Of a stretch of 34,864 bases of DNA, positions 21,370-30,660 are shown piece by piece (the stretch's first letter is position 1; each line of letters starts with the position of its first letter). Where the stretch lies: IMG/VR virus record IMGVR_UViG_3300045988_013397, positions 1-34,864 of that record. One strand, 5' to 3'. This stretch comes from a virus. Below the pieces are notes generated by a model, which was not told the DNA's origin, did no database searches, and saw only the letters and a list, made by a program, of their open reading frames with translations. A program made the position numbers and the translations under genes.

Positions 21370-23925
21370 TTATCCGTAGATGGCGGTTGCAACCGTCTTC
21401 TTGACGAAACGCCCAGCCACCTCGTCATCCAACACCACGCGCACATCCTGCAAGGCTTCAACCAAAGCATTAATCAGGTTAGACTGTGAGCCGTAGCCGT
21501 TGGACGCTTGCTGTGCCGCCGACACGCCACCAAGATCATACGTCTGTGCGAAAGCATCAGAGCTAGGCATTGCATCAATCATCTGCTTCGACACATTGCC
21601 CATCTCGTCCTCGAAGCCGACACCAATACCCTCAGCCAAATACTTTCCGACTTCATCACGCATCAACCGCGAAGGCGAGTGAATACCGAAGAAACCCTTG
21701 ATATCCTGCATAATCCCGTGAACCCAACCGCTGACCTTGTCACGAAGCCAGCCAATCGAATTGCTGATGCCTTCCCACACGCCCCTGACGATATTCGCGC
21801 CGACATCAAGCACCATACCCGGAGCCTGCCTGAGCGCCCCGACAATCGCACTCACGACATTTCTCGCGCCACTCACAGCATTGCCGATACCCCTCACGAT
21901 ACCCGCCGCAAGCTGCACCATCATCTGCAAGCCCGTACTAAGAATCTCAGGCAAATGCGCGCTGAGCGTCCTCACAATCTTCACCACGATCTGCGGGAGC
22001 ATGGCGACCAATTGCGGGATAGCCTGAGTAATACCTTGAATCAGTGCAATCAGGATCTGGATACCGGCAGTGATAATCAAAGGCAGATTATTTAGCAGCA
22101 CGTCGGTGATCTGCATGACGATACCGGGCAGCATCTGGATAAGCTGCGGCAAGGCTTCGACAATGCCATTGACCAGCGCGAGCAGCAGCTGCACGCCCGC
22201 TTGAATAATCAACGGAAGATTAGTCAGCACCACTGATGCCACTTGTTGCACAATCGTCGGCAGCATCGCGATTAATGTTGGCAGTGCTTCGGTGATGCCC
22301 TGAATCAGGCTGGTCAGCATCTGCATACCCGCATCAATCAGCTGTGGTAGAAGCGTGAGCAGGGCTTGCACGATCTGCGGCAAGGCGGCAGTCAGCGCAC
22401 TCATAATCTGCGGCAATGCTGCGACAATCGCCTGCACCACCTGCGACAAGCCACTCACAATACTTGGTATTTGAGCCGTGATAAGCGGCAGCAGCTGTGA
22501 CGTAAGCATGTTCACCGCTTGCGGAAGCAGCTGGACAGCCGCAGTAACCATGCCGTTAATCAAAGGCGCGATACGCGGCATGATATTCCCAGCGAAAGTG
22601 TTGACTGAATCAACAAGATTGGCGATCAGCCCGTCCATATTCGCGCCACTATCGGACATGCCAGCAAGGAGATTCTGCCAGCTAGCCTTCATGGCGTTCA
22701 TCGAGCCTTCAATGGTCGTGGACGCTTCCTTAGCCGTCGTGCCCGTGATACCCATTTGAGTCTGCACGGCATGAATGGCCTTCACCGTATCGCCAAAGTC
22801 ACCTATCGTGTAGTGTTCACCAGTCAGCTTCTCAGCGTCCGACATAAGGCGTTCCATCTCGGCCTTCGTGCCACCATAGCCGAGCTTCAAATTATCGAGC
22901 ATGGCATAATTCCCACGAGCCAAGCTCTGGTATGTCTGCTGGATAGAGTCGATATCAGTGCCCATTTTGTTCGCGTTATCGCTCATGTCCTGCACGGCTG
23001 TATTGCCCAGTTCAGCCGCCGCCTTCGTGTCACCACCAAGCGACTGGATAAGCGACGCGCTGAAACTGGTAACGGTGTTCATGTATTCGTTCGCAGACAT
23101 GCCAGCCGCCTTATACGCATTATTAGCGTAATCCTGCACGATGCCAGCGGAATCTTTGAAAAGCGTCTGTACGCCGCCCACAAGCTGCTCATTCTCAGAG
23201 TAGGCTTCGATAGCCTGCTTGCCGACATTAAGCACAGCGGCACCAAGATTCTTAAGGCCATTGACAGCCGCACCAATGGCACTGGACGCAAGATTAGCCA
23301 GCACATTCTTGAAGACGGTATACCCGCCGCTAGCTTCCTGCGCCTGCCTCCCACTCTTCGCGGCTTCCTCGCCAAGCTCACTAGCAGACTTGCCAGCCTT
23401 ATCCATATCAGGCGACAAGCTCTTAATCTCAGCGTCAGTCTTGTTGATATCCGCCTGAGCATTATTCATCTGCGTGCGCATCTTGCTCATGGCGATCTCA
23501 TTGGCATTGACAGCAGCCGAAGACTTATCCACATCACGCGCTAGATTCGCCACGACTTTCGCCTGAGCCTGATACTCCGGTGACGTTTTGCCAAGCGTCG
23601 CCTCGATCTGCGCCAGCTTCTGCTTCTCAGCATCATACGACGCGACAAGCTCCTTATGCTTCGTGTTGTTCGCCGTGTACTGTGCGCTCATGGCGCGATA
23701 CTGTGCATTAAGGACGCTCAGTTTTTCCTTCTGCGCAGTCATCTTGTTATTCAGCGCTTCAGTCCTCGCAGTGAGCGCCGCCTGAGACGTGTCGCTCTTT
23801 GCATACTGGGAGCTGACGACTTTCATTTCAGATCCGACTTCACGCAGATTCTGCGAGATACGTGCAAGCGCCTGACGATAGGCGCTCTCACCTTGTAACT
23901 TAATCGCGCCGCCGAAACCACTCAT
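21370..23925 (-). CDS. Tail tape measure protein
   Basis: 851 aa with a coiled-coil N-terminus, hydrophobic tandem repeats and a C-terminal GIHSPSRLMRDEVGKYLAEGIGVGF (TP901-type core). It occupies the position after the G/GT chaperone. Confidence 0.95.
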   Translation of the reverse strand: MSGFGGAIKLQGESAYRQALARISQNLREVGSEMKVVSSQYAKSDTSQAALTARTEALNNKMTAQKEKLSVLNAQYRAMSAQYTANNTKHKELVASYDAEKQKLAQIEATLGKTSPEYQAQAKVVANLARDVDKSSAAVNANEIAMSKMRTQMNNAQADINKTDAEIKSLSPDMDKAGKSASELGEEAAKSGRQAQEASGGYTVFKNVLANLASSAIGAAVNGLKNLGAAVLNVGKQAIEAYSENEQLVGGVQTLFKDSAGIVQDYANNAYKAAGMSANEYMNTVTSFSASLIQSLGGDTKAAAELGNTAVQDMSDNANKMGTDIDSIQQTYQSLARGNYAMLDNLKLGYGGTKAEMERLMSDAEKLTGEHYTIGDFGDTVKAIHAVQTQMGITGTTAKEASTTIEGSMNAMKASWQNLLAGMSDSGANMDGLIANLVDSVNTFAGNIMPRIAPLINGMVTAAVQLLPQAVNMLTSQLLPLITAQIPSIVSGLSQVVQAIVAALPQIMSALTAALPQIVQALLTLLPQLIDAGMQMLTSLIQGITEALPTLIAMLPTIVQQVASVVLTNLPLIIQAGVQLLLALVNGIVEALPQLIQMLPGIVMQITDVLLNNLPLIITAGIQILIALIQGITQAIPQLVAMLPQIVVKIVRTLSAHLPEILSTGLQMMVQLAAGIVRGIGNAVSGARNVVSAIVGALRQAPGMVLDVGANIVRGVWEGISNSIGWLRDKVSGWVHGIMQDIKGFFGIHSPSRLMRDEVGKYLAEGIGVGFEDEMGNVSKQMIDAMPSSDAFAQTYDLGGVSAAQQASNGYGSQSNLINALVEALQDVRVVLDDEVAGRFVKKTVATAIYG
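21883..22350 (-). repeat. About 3.5 tandem copies of a 132-nt (44-aa) unit inside the tape measure gene
   Basis: Units begin LPQLIDAGMQMLTSLIQGITEALPTLIAMLP..., LPLIIQAGVQLLLALVNGIVEALPQLIQMLP..., LPLIITAGIQILIALIQGITQAIPQLVAMLP... and LPEILSTGLQMMVQLAAGIV... Confidence 0.8.
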
Positions 23926-24494
23926 CGCGACACCTCACTTTCGTACTTCCAATGGTATCCACCTGCCGTGTGGCTTTTGCCCTTGCAACACTTGATTATC
24001 TCAGAATGACCAATACCTGTAGCTCGTTCAGCATTTCTAGTGCTTGAGAACACGTCCCCAGTCTCAATGCAGACTACTTTTTTCTTCGGCTTCCTAGATT
24101 CCATGAGATGCTTTGTCTCGGCACTATGGTGTTTCCCAAAGAATGGATTGCGATTGCCTGAATTATGCTCAGAAAGCTTCACTCTTGCCGATTCACTTGT
24201 CTCGACAATTTTTCCACCTTGGAGAGCATTGTATCCGACTTCAGGATTAGTCAAATCCCATTTATCAATCAATCTTTTTTCTTGATATGATGCTTCTTCC
24301 TTTGATAATCCAGTGAAGAGGATTTCGTGGGTGAAGTCCTCCCACCCATAGCGTTCAATGTCAGCCCAGAAGCGACTATGCCGCTTGTAGTGTTTCCCGT
24401 TTTGCCACCTGTCATAGGGGCTTTGCTTTGTCACACCGACATATTTCTTACCGTTGTGTTTGTTCGTATGGCAATATACGGTATATCCAGACAC
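23922..24494 (-). CDS. Free-standing GIY-YIG homing endonuclease (I-TevI-like, with NUMOD3-type repeats)
   Basis: GYTVYCHTNKHNGKKYVGVT ... R ... E is the GIY-YIG core. HNSGNRNPFFGKHHSAETKHLM is NUMOD3-like. GTG start behind GGGGGTG. ATGA overlap with the TMP start. Confidence 0.9.
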   Translation of the reverse strand: MSGYTVYCHTNKHNGKKYVGVTKQSPYDRWQNGKHYKRHSRFWADIERYGWEDFTHEILFTGLSKEEASYQEKRLIDKWDLTNPEVGYNALQGGKIVETSESARVKLSEHNSGNRNPFFGKHHSAETKHLMESRKPKKKVVCIETGDVFSSTRNAERATGIGHSEIIKCCKGKSHTAGGYHWKYESEVSR

Positions 24495-24507
24495 TTATTA
24501 GCACCCC

Positions 24508-25103
24508 CTAGAACCATTCTTCTTCTTGCTCTTGCTTGCGTTTCACAGCTTCATACGTAGTATTGTTGGCCCTCAACATGTTCTCCGTGTCGAAAACCTG
24601 CTGATAAGCGCTGTACCGTGCCATGAAGTCCTTTAGCGTCAAGCGCATAACCTCACGGTCAGACGATAAGCCCAACCGCGCCCGACCAATAAAAAGTATC
24701 CACGCGAAATTAATTGCCGGGTCAACGTCAAAATAAACGTCATCGTCGTGGATTACTCGTTTTTTGAGCCGTCCTCAGTGGACGCGACCACAATATCCTG
24801 CATCTGCGCAGTGATAGCGTCCATACCGACAGCGCCGATCAATCGCCCGACCTGCTTCAACGACAACGGCTTGATATCCGCGCCGGTGTCCTCATTATCG
24901 ATGTCAATGCCTTCATTGAGCATTGCCGCGAACCCGAAAATGACAGCCTTTGCATTCGGCTCGCCGTTCTCGCCCTCCGTCTGCTTGCCCCACTCGTCCA
25001 ACGAACCGTACTCTTCCTGAATCGCCTGCATCACATTCAGATTGAAAGCAAGGTGATATTCCTGCCCCTTGTAGACAATCGCATCATTCGTTTTCTTAGT
25101 CAT
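24508..25103 (-). CDS. Tail assembly chaperone G-T fusion made by programmed -1 frameshift
   Basis: The zero frame ends at the TAA at 24753-24755. The slippery heptamer A-AAA-AAC (24759-24765) is correctly phased 2 codons before that stop. The -1 frame then stays open for 83 codons to the TAG at 24508-24510. Confidence 0.75.
24753..25103 (-). CDS. Tail assembly chaperone (gpG-like)
   Basis: 116-aa acidic protein between the major tail protein and TMP genes. RBS AGGAGGAA. Confidence 0.85.
   Translation of the reverse strand: MTKKTNDAIVYKGQEYHLAFNLNVMQAIQEEYGSLDEWGKQTEGENGEPNAKAVIFGFAAMLNEGIDIDNEDTGADIKPLSLKQVGRLIGAVGMDAITAQMQDIVVASTEDGSKNE
24759..24765 (-). other. Slippery heptamer AAAAAAC for the -1 frameshift
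   Basis: Plus strand gtttttt. Minus-strand codons are TCA AAA AAC GAG TAA. Confidence 0.75.
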
Positions 25104-25121
25104 AAGTTCCTCCTAAAAGTA

Positions 25122-25150
25122 AGGGCATGACACTTATCATGCCATGCCCT
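25122..25150 (-). terminator. Hairpin / partial terminator after the major tail protein gene
   Basis: Minus strand AGGGCATG-N13-CATGCCCT followed by TACTTTTAGGAGG. Confidence 0.5.
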
Positions 25151-25173
25151 ATTATCTCACGAAAAGGTCAGCC

Positions 25174-25740
25174 TTATTTGCCTTTGGAAGCCGTCAGCTT
25201 ACCCTTGACCCACGTGACGGCCGCAGTCTTCGTGTCGAATACCTGCGCAGCCGACCACTGGCCATTAGCCAACGTCGCGGCAGTACCCTCGATCTCAGGC
25301 GTGGAAAAGTCCACGGATTCGCCCTTGGTATTGTCCTCCTGAGACGGCTCCGCAAACCTCACCTTATAAAGGAACTCGCCCTTATACACGTACTTGCCGT
25401 TGACCATCTTGGTCACGACACGGCCAAGACCAACCCAAGGCGCGGCATCATCAGCGGAACGCACCATCTCCCCGCCACTCTCAGCCACCTTATGACCAAG
25501 AATCTCCGCGAAGATAGTCATATCATCGTCGGCGACACCCAATGTCACCTTCGCATTCTGGAAACTCTTATCGGATTCCACAAGGACATCGTCAGCGTAC
25601 AATGTCGCGTCATTAGTGGACACGTCCACCTTAGCCGAGACGGCCTTGCCGAAAGACTTAGCACCAGCATAAGAGGGTGTACCGTCCTCGGCTTCCGTCA
25701 GCAGACCATACCAAAGATTCGTAAGTCCAATCTGCGCCAT
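25174..25740 (-). CDS. Major tail protein (phi13 / TP901-1-like)
   Basis: Track ORF trimmed to the ATG at 25740 behind AAAGGAG. The N-terminus MAQIGLTNLWYGLLTEAEDGTPSYAGAKSFGKAVSAKV is typical of this family. Confidence 0.85.
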   Translation of the reverse strand: MAQIGLTNLWYGLLTEAEDGTPSYAGAKSFGKAVSAKVDVSTNDATLYADDVLVESDKSFQNAKVTLGVADDDMTIFAEILGHKVAESGGEMVRSADDAAPWVGLGRVVTKMVNGKYVYKGEFLYKVRFAEPSQEDNTKGESVDFSTPEIEGTAATLANGQWSAAQVFDTKTAAVTWVKGKLTASKGK

Positions 25741-25741
25741 T

Positions 25742-26098
25742 TCAATAGCTCCTTTCCATAGCAAAACTCAGCGTCGTGTGATAGTAGCCCGTCTCCGTCT
25801 CGTACTGATCCGGGCTACTCCGTGACGGTTGCCACGTCCACCCCGCTTCTTCAAGTTTATCGCGTACCGCGTCGCATATCGCGATATAATCCGACTTCGT
25901 GTAAACGTCGAAGTCATAATATGTGACCCACGCTTGAATTCTATCGTCCGCACTGTATGAGCCGGAATCATCCTCACGCATAAACGTCACATAAGGCTCA
26001 CCATGCCCATCATAATAGGCGAAAGCCACAGGGATACTCTTACCGCCTACTTCAAAGTCCTTGAAAAGATCAAGAATAGTCTCATTCACACCACTCAC
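25742..26098 (-). CDS. Tail terminator / tail completion protein (assigned by position)
   Basis: 118 aa. GTG start in a GTGA overlap. Lies immediately upstream of the major tail protein gene. Confidence 0.6.
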   Translation of the reverse strand: MSGVNETILDLFKDFEVGGKSIPVAFAYYDGHGEPYVTFMREDDSGSYSADDRIQAWVTYYDFDVYTKSDYIAICDAVRDKLEEAGWTWQPSRSSPDQYETETGYYHTTLSFAMERSY

Positions 26099-26514
26099 CC
26101 CTTCGGGATATACTTATCCTGCACCTTCTGCATCGCCGCTTCAATCTCACTCTTCCGGAAGCTCTTACGCATGAACGGGTGCTTCTTGAACTTGCTAGTG
26201 CTACGTCCATATTCCATGACATTGCACACCAATGGAGCTGGAACCGTCTCACCTTTCTCATTCGTGAAATATCCATAGAAAGCGACCTTGGTATTCACAC
26301 CATCATCGCTAGGCGTTCGGTATACTCGCGTTATCCGCAGGCAATTCATGATATCAGAGCCACGGAAGCTAGCAGGCACATTCGCCTTAACGTTTGCGAG
26401 CACCACTTCCGCGCCAGCTTGCGTCATCTCGCCAAGCATCTTATGCGCATCGGCACCCAATTCGTCGAACAGTTTAAGTAGCTCGGTGGGCATTTCCGCA
26501 TCGAATCTAGCCAT
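26095..26514 (-). CDS. HK97 gp10-family neck / tail component
   Basis: 139 aa. N-terminus ...ELLKLFDELGADAHKMLGEMTQAGAEVVLANVKANVP plus synteny. Confidence 0.65.
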   Translation of the reverse strand: MARFDAEMPTELLKLFDELGADAHKMLGEMTQAGAEVVLANVKANVPASFRGSDIMNCLRITRVYRTPSDDGVNTKVAFYGYFTNEKGETVPAPLVCNVMEYGRSTSKFKKHPFMRKSFRKSEIEAAMQKVQDKYIPKG

Positions 26515-26846
26515 CAGTGCTTCACCAGCCTTGCTTGTATCTCAAGCGTGGTATTAGCTTCGTCCACGTTGTTCAAGTACTCAATCGTGTACGTCTTCCC
26601 AGCGTACTCAATAAGCATATCCCTGTCGATAATGACCTTGCCGGGATACCGAATCGTGAAGTTGGTCGTAGCCGCTTCAAAATCCGAATTATTGGCGATA
26701 AGCGTCCAGCCCTTAGTGGTCTTAACGCTCGCGTAAGATTCCAAGACAGTCACACGGCTGCCAATCTGGAGCCCATCCTTGTCATAGGTTTTCACAGCCT
26801 TGACTATCCTGATCCGATGGTCAAAACGTCCAGCGTTCATCATCAT
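26514..26846 (-). CDS. Head closure / head-tail joining protein (SPP1 gp16-like)
   Basis: 110 aa. GRFDHRIRIVK ... ASVKT ... F.IRY is the pattern typical of the Phage_H_T_join family. Confidence 0.7.
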   Translation of the reverse strand: MMMNAGRFDHRIRIVKAVKTYDKDGLQIGSRVTVLESYASVKTTKGWTLIANNSDFEAATTNFTIRYPGKVIIDRDMLIEYAGKTYTIEYLNNVDEANTTLEIQARLVKH

Positions 26847-27175
26847 TGATCACCGTCAGACGGGAGAAGATTAACACTGTGCATGTCAAGAATCGACTGC
26901 ACGGTAAGATTCGGCTTATTCGTGTCCGCATAAATACTGCGGTTATCGTACATGTCCTGAGCCAAGCAGAGCGCGGCAATGACGAAGTCCGGAGACTTGT
27001 CCAAGTCAGCCGCGCCAAGCCCAGTGTACTTGCCCATATAAGCAGGAACAGCCTTGATGATGGCGGCAAGCAGAGTCCTATCATCGTCGGACGGGTCAGC
27101 GATACGCAGATAATCCGCGAGCGCCTGCACCGTAATATCCGAGACTTTGCTAATGTCCATCGTTGCCACCACCAT
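26843..27175 (-). CDS. Head-tail connector / adaptor (gp6-like, Phage_connect_1)
   Basis: 110 aa. ITVQALADYLRIADPSDDDRTLLAAIIKAVPAYMGKYTG is the typical signature. Confidence 0.75.
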   Translation of the reverse strand: MVVATMDISKVSDITVQALADYLRIADPSDDDRTLLAAIIKAVPAYMGKYTGLGAADLDKSPDFVIAALCLAQDMYDNRSIYADTNKPNLTVQSILDMHSVNLLPSDGDQ

Positions 27176-27180
27176 TCAGA

Positions 27181-27312
27181 CTATTCTTCAGCGTTCGTTG
27201 CGGTTTTCTTAGTCCTGCCCTTCTGAGGCTTGACTTCCTCCACGTAACCGGCACGCAACAAGTCGGCTACGATAGCGGCATCATCAATCTCGCGGGTCTC
27301 ACCCTCGCACAT
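27181..27312 (-). CDS. Small ORF after the capsid gene with a SAP/Rho-N-like motif (tentative)
   Basis: MCEGETREIDDAAIVADLLRAGYVEEVKPQKGRTKKTATNAEE. The alternative GTG start at 27351 has GGTGA upstream. Below the track cutoff. Confidence 0.35.
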   Translation of the reverse strand: MCEGETREIDDAAIVADLLRAGYVEEVKPQKGRTKKTATNAEE

Positions 27313-27343
27313 GCTGACGATGCCGCTAAAGGACGTGAGAGCC

Positions 27344-28504
27344 TTAAGCACTAGCCATCACCAGCTTAGCCAGCTTCTGCGCGTCCTGCACCTTGCTGTC
27401 GAACTCGAACCATGCCACGATACCGGTAGCGTGCTCGTCAGCGTACTTTTCGCGCAGAATCTGAGTGCTGATATCCTCGGAGAATTTGACGGCAAGACCA
27501 GTCATGTCGCCGTAGTAGATGGCGGTCTTATCGCCAGCCATGTCGGCCATGTTATCGGACACGTAGACAGGCTTGCCAAGCAGTGTAGACCCGAACGGGG
27601 CAGTGATATCATCCTGAAGCAGGTAGTGACCATCATTGCCCTTCAGCAAGCGGAGAGCAGTGCGGGTAGCCGGGGACATGATGAAGATGGCGTTCTGCTG
27701 GTACACGTCCTTGACGGAATCCTTCAGGCGCACCACTTCGTCGGCAGTGATCGCAGTCGCCGCAGCTGCAGTGATCTTATTGTCAAGAGTGGACAGGCCA
27801 GTGACCTTGGACACCGTACCGTTCAACAGCTCACCCTCAATGAATCGTGCGATATCCTCGCCCATCTGAGTGGTGACGAAGGACACGATATCAAACTGAG
27901 CGTTGTTAATCAGCGAATTGCTGATCTTGGAGAGAGCGCCAGCGAGGAAGCCACCAAGCTCGATGTTCTTAAACTTGCCATTGCTGGATGCAATCGGGCT
28001 GAATTCGGTCTGATAGGCGACCTTGATGGAAGAAGTGGAAGTGTCGTAGTACGGCAGCTGGAGCTTGCCCTTGGTGTTGTAGCGCTGCGCCTTCGCCAGC
28101 ACCGGGGACACGTCATAGACCTTCTTGATGATGTTGTTGGCGATGGAAGTGGGAATCACCGCGCCATTATCGGTAAGCGTCAGCTCACCGGCACGCTCCT
28201 GCATCACCTTATCGCCACGCAGATACGCTTCGAAGGCACGCAGTTCTCGTGCTTCGGTATCCTGCGGCTTACCACCGTTGTCGCCCATCGGCTTCGCCTC
28301 CTCCTTCGGCTGCTTATCAGCAGCACCCAACTCGTCGTTGATCTTCAACGCGGCCTTGATTTTGCGCACATCATCACGGATTTCAGCCAGTTCCGCGGCT
28401 TCATCATCGGTCAGCTCGCGCTTCTCAGCTTCCGCGCCCTTAAGAATCTCTTCGGCACGGGTAATGCGCTCATTTTTGCGCTCAATCATGTTTTTAAGCT
28501 GCAT
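27344..28504 (-). CDS. Major capsid protein, HK97 family (with N-terminal delta/scaffold region)
   Basis: 386 aa. Coiled-coil N-terminus, then ELRAFEAYLRG ... typical of the HK97 fold. Follows the prohead protease gene. RBS AAGGAGGAG. Confidence 0.95.
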   Translation of the reverse strand: MQLKNMIERKNERITRAEEILKGAEAEKRELTDDEAAELAEIRDDVRKIKAALKINDELGAADKQPKEEAKPMGDNGGKPQDTEARELRAFEAYLRGDKVMQERAGELTLTDNGAVIPTSIANNIIKKVYDVSPVLAKAQRYNTKGKLQLPYYDTSTSSIKVAYQTEFSPIASSNGKFKNIELGGFLAGALSKISNSLINNAQFDIVSFVTTQMGEDIARFIEGELLNGTVSKVTGLSTLDNKITAAAATAITADEVVRLKDSVKDVYQQNAIFIMSPATRTALRLLKGNDGHYLLQDDITAPFGSTLLGKPVYVSDNMADMAGDKTAIYYGDMTGLAVKFSEDISTQILREKYADEHATGIVAWFEFDSKVQDAQKLAKLVMASA

Positions 28505-28508
28505 GATT

Positions 28509-29174
28509 TTACTCCTCCTTCATTTCGGCAATGAGCTTTTCCCATTTGCCGTAATCAATTGTACTATTTTTTTCTTCGGAATTATCGCGCGTATTCTGCG
28601 GTTCTTCCTCAGTCTTATCAGCCGGTTTTTCAGCCGGTTTTTCTTCTGTGATTTCCGGCTTATCGTCGGCCATCACCTCACCGGTATTCAAATGCACTTC
28701 GCCCCCGTTAGCGTCTCGCGCTTGGATGATCGTGCCGTCGTATGCCGGTACTTTCGAGCGGTCAAGGATGCTAACCTCGTACAGGTCAAGGTCTTTCACG
28801 TCACGTGTCATCATGCCGTTCTCGTCGTGCGTATCCACGTCCCTGTCAGTAAAGCCGAAACTCCATCCTACAAGGTCACCATGCTTAGCCTTCTCGATCA
28901 CATCAGCATCGGTGATAGTCGCTTTCGCTCGAAGCCCGATATTATCTTCATGCAATCTGAGATTGCCCTGCTTTGTAGAGCCAAGGTCACGATTAGCGTC
29001 ATGATTCAGCAGCACATGGATATCGTCGTTGCGGTCGATGGCACGCTGGAAAGCCCCAGCCTTGATACGCTCACGGAATTTACCGATACGCGAATTCAAC
29101 GGCCTCGATAATCTTTCGCAACTGTTGACATACCCTTCGATTTCGACACTATCCTCACGAATATTTATCTTCAT
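28509..29174 (-). CDS. Prohead maturation protease (HK97 family, S78)
   Basis: 221 aa. The N-terminus IEGYVNSCERLSRPL ... ERIKAGAFQRAI ... LLNHD matches the HK97 protease pattern. ATGA overlap with the portal gene. Confidence 0.9.
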   Translation of the reverse strand: MKINIREDSVEIEGYVNSCERLSRPLNSRIGKFRERIKAGAFQRAIDRNDDIHVLLNHDANRDLGSTKQGNLRLHEDNIGLRAKATITDADVIEKAKHGDLVGWSFGFTDRDVDTHDENGMMTRDVKDLDLYEVSILDRSKVPAYDGTIIQARDANGGEVHLNTGEVMADDKPEITEEKPAEKPADKTEEEPQNTRDNSEEKNSTIDYGKWEKLIAEMKEE

Positions 29175-30631
29175 TCTGTGACACCTCCTGCACTAATATT
29201 ACCGCTGTTATTCGCCTGTCCCGCAGTCTCCTGCTGGATATCAAGCACCTTGTCGGTTTCCTCGGCACTCAAGCCGACATCGGTCATGAGCATGTTCTTG
29301 GCCTGAGCTGCCGAGTAAGTGCCATTGGTCACTCCAGCGATAATCTGCTCCATAGACTGCACCTGCCCCACCAATAGCGGCGTATGTACAACTTCCTGTG
29401 CCTTGTCCATCGTCTCAGCCACGACATCATCAGACTTGGAAGTGTCGGGGAATTCAAGGCTATTGTCAGCTTGCGCACTCTTAGTGGAATCGGTGTTAGG
29501 CGTGTAAATCTCGCCAGTCTTCGTGTCGTAAAGCACCGAATCAAGACCAAGATTAATGTAGTCCATACCATCAATGGCGTTCATGTTCTCGGCTTGCCTC
29601 ATTTCATTAATGGTCATCAAACCGCACTGCTTGGCAAGCTCATACACCTCGAAGCGTTCCTTGATATTCGCCTTGATAATCTCCTTGGTGTCAAACGCGA
29701 AATAATACCTTTTCTTCTCAGATTCAAGCAATAGATCACGGTTAAGAGCAGTCTCAAAAGCGCGAATAATCGGATAAATCGCGAATTTGAAAGTCTCCTC
29801 GAAATTATCCTTGATATGGAAGATATTATTAATTTCATCTTCCAGTGTTTTCTTGCTTTCATTCAACTGCATTTCAACGCTTGAATTTGATGCTTCTTGG
29901 AATTCCAAGCCGTTGTTAAGCACCACGACATTCTCGGAATTGTTGGCATAGAGGTTGCGCCAAGCATTCTTCAGGATGTCGATTTCCTCCTGACCGAGCT
30001 TGCGGGTGGCCTTGAGGAAGCCTTTCTTGTTACCGCCACTCTTGACAAGGTAAAGCTGATAGAGCAACGTCTGATAAGCTGTTTCCAGCGCCTTGGACAC
30101 TTCAGCCGTCAAGCCCACACCGCTTGCGCCGTCCTTCGTATTCCGGAGCAGCTTGACAAATTCAAAAGGCTTGTAGATGTCCGAACCCACAAGGATGTCA
30201 TAGTCCTTGTGGATCGGGTCTGAATTGATGTTGATCGATACATTATTCGTCGCCACATAGTAGAGTCCGGTCACGTCATTACGGCTCCGCTCGATGTAGC
30301 AATAGCCGCCTTTATCCAAGAGATAATCTTCGACCATCGCCTTCTTAAGCTGGAAGCCGTCCAGCGTGTCGCCGGTATCGCCATTGAGCATAGTCGCGCG
30401 AGCATCGTCCACCCGCTCCACATTGCCCTTCTTGATGCGGTAAAGATACACTGGCATTGATGCGATAGCGCCGGAAATGAAGTCCACAGCGCCGCTCACA
30501 GCCGGGAGCGTCATCGCCTTCTGCCGATCAATCGTGTCACCAGCCAGCAATGCTCTAAGCAATACATCACTCACCTGCGGCTCGACCACCGGTTCAACAT
30601 CTCTTTTATGCCAATTGAAAAAACCCATCAT
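29171..30631 (-). CDS. Portal protein (HK97 family)
   Basis: 486 aa between the TerL and protease genes. Typical portal N-terminus (TLPAVSGAVDFISGAIASMPVYLY). Confidence 0.9.
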   Translation of the reverse strand: MMGFFNWHKRDVEPVVEPQVSDVLLRALLAGDTIDRQKAMTLPAVSGAVDFISGAIASMPVYLYRIKKGNVERVDDARATMLNGDTGDTLDGFQLKKAMVEDYLLDKGGYCYIERSRNDVTGLYYVATNNVSININSDPIHKDYDILVGSDIYKPFEFVKLLRNTKDGASGVGLTAEVSKALETAYQTLLYQLYLVKSGGNKKGFLKATRKLGQEEIDILKNAWRNLYANNSENVVVLNNGLEFQEASNSSVEMQLNESKKTLEDEINNIFHIKDNFEETFKFAIYPIIRAFETALNRDLLLESEKKRYYFAFDTKEIIKANIKERFEVYELAKQCGLMTINEMRQAENMNAIDGMDYINLGLDSVLYDTKTGEIYTPNTDSTKSAQADNSLEFPDTSKSDDVVAETMDKAQEVVHTPLLVGQVQSMEQIIAGVTNGTYSAAQAKNMLMTDVGLSAEETDKVLDIQQETAGQANNSGNISAGGVTE

Positions 30632-30660
30632 ATCACCTGCCTTATATGACTAATTCTAAA

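Noticed and set aside
18382-24494. Group I intron hosting the HNH or GIY-YIG endonuclease genes
   Set aside because: The flanking genes (BppU-like, lysin, G-T chaperone, TMP) are complete with their own starts and stops, so no split exon halves are visible. Both endonucleases look free-standing.
27311-28534. 407-aa plus-strand ORF, and similar long plus-strand ORFs at 17945-18937, 28125-29111, 6830-7708, 22756-23544, 21508-22095 and 34077-34784
   Set aside because: Each lies entirely antisense to a minus-strand gene with a clear family assignment (capsid, lysin/HNH, protease, DnaC, TMP, methylase). They lack RBSs and give low-complexity S/L/R-rich translations. These are shadow ORFs.
28561-28580. 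A7 homopolymer in the protease C-terminal region as a second frameshift or phase-variation site
   Set aside because: There is no extended alternative frame downstream, and it lies in a low-complexity acidic tail. It is probably incidental.
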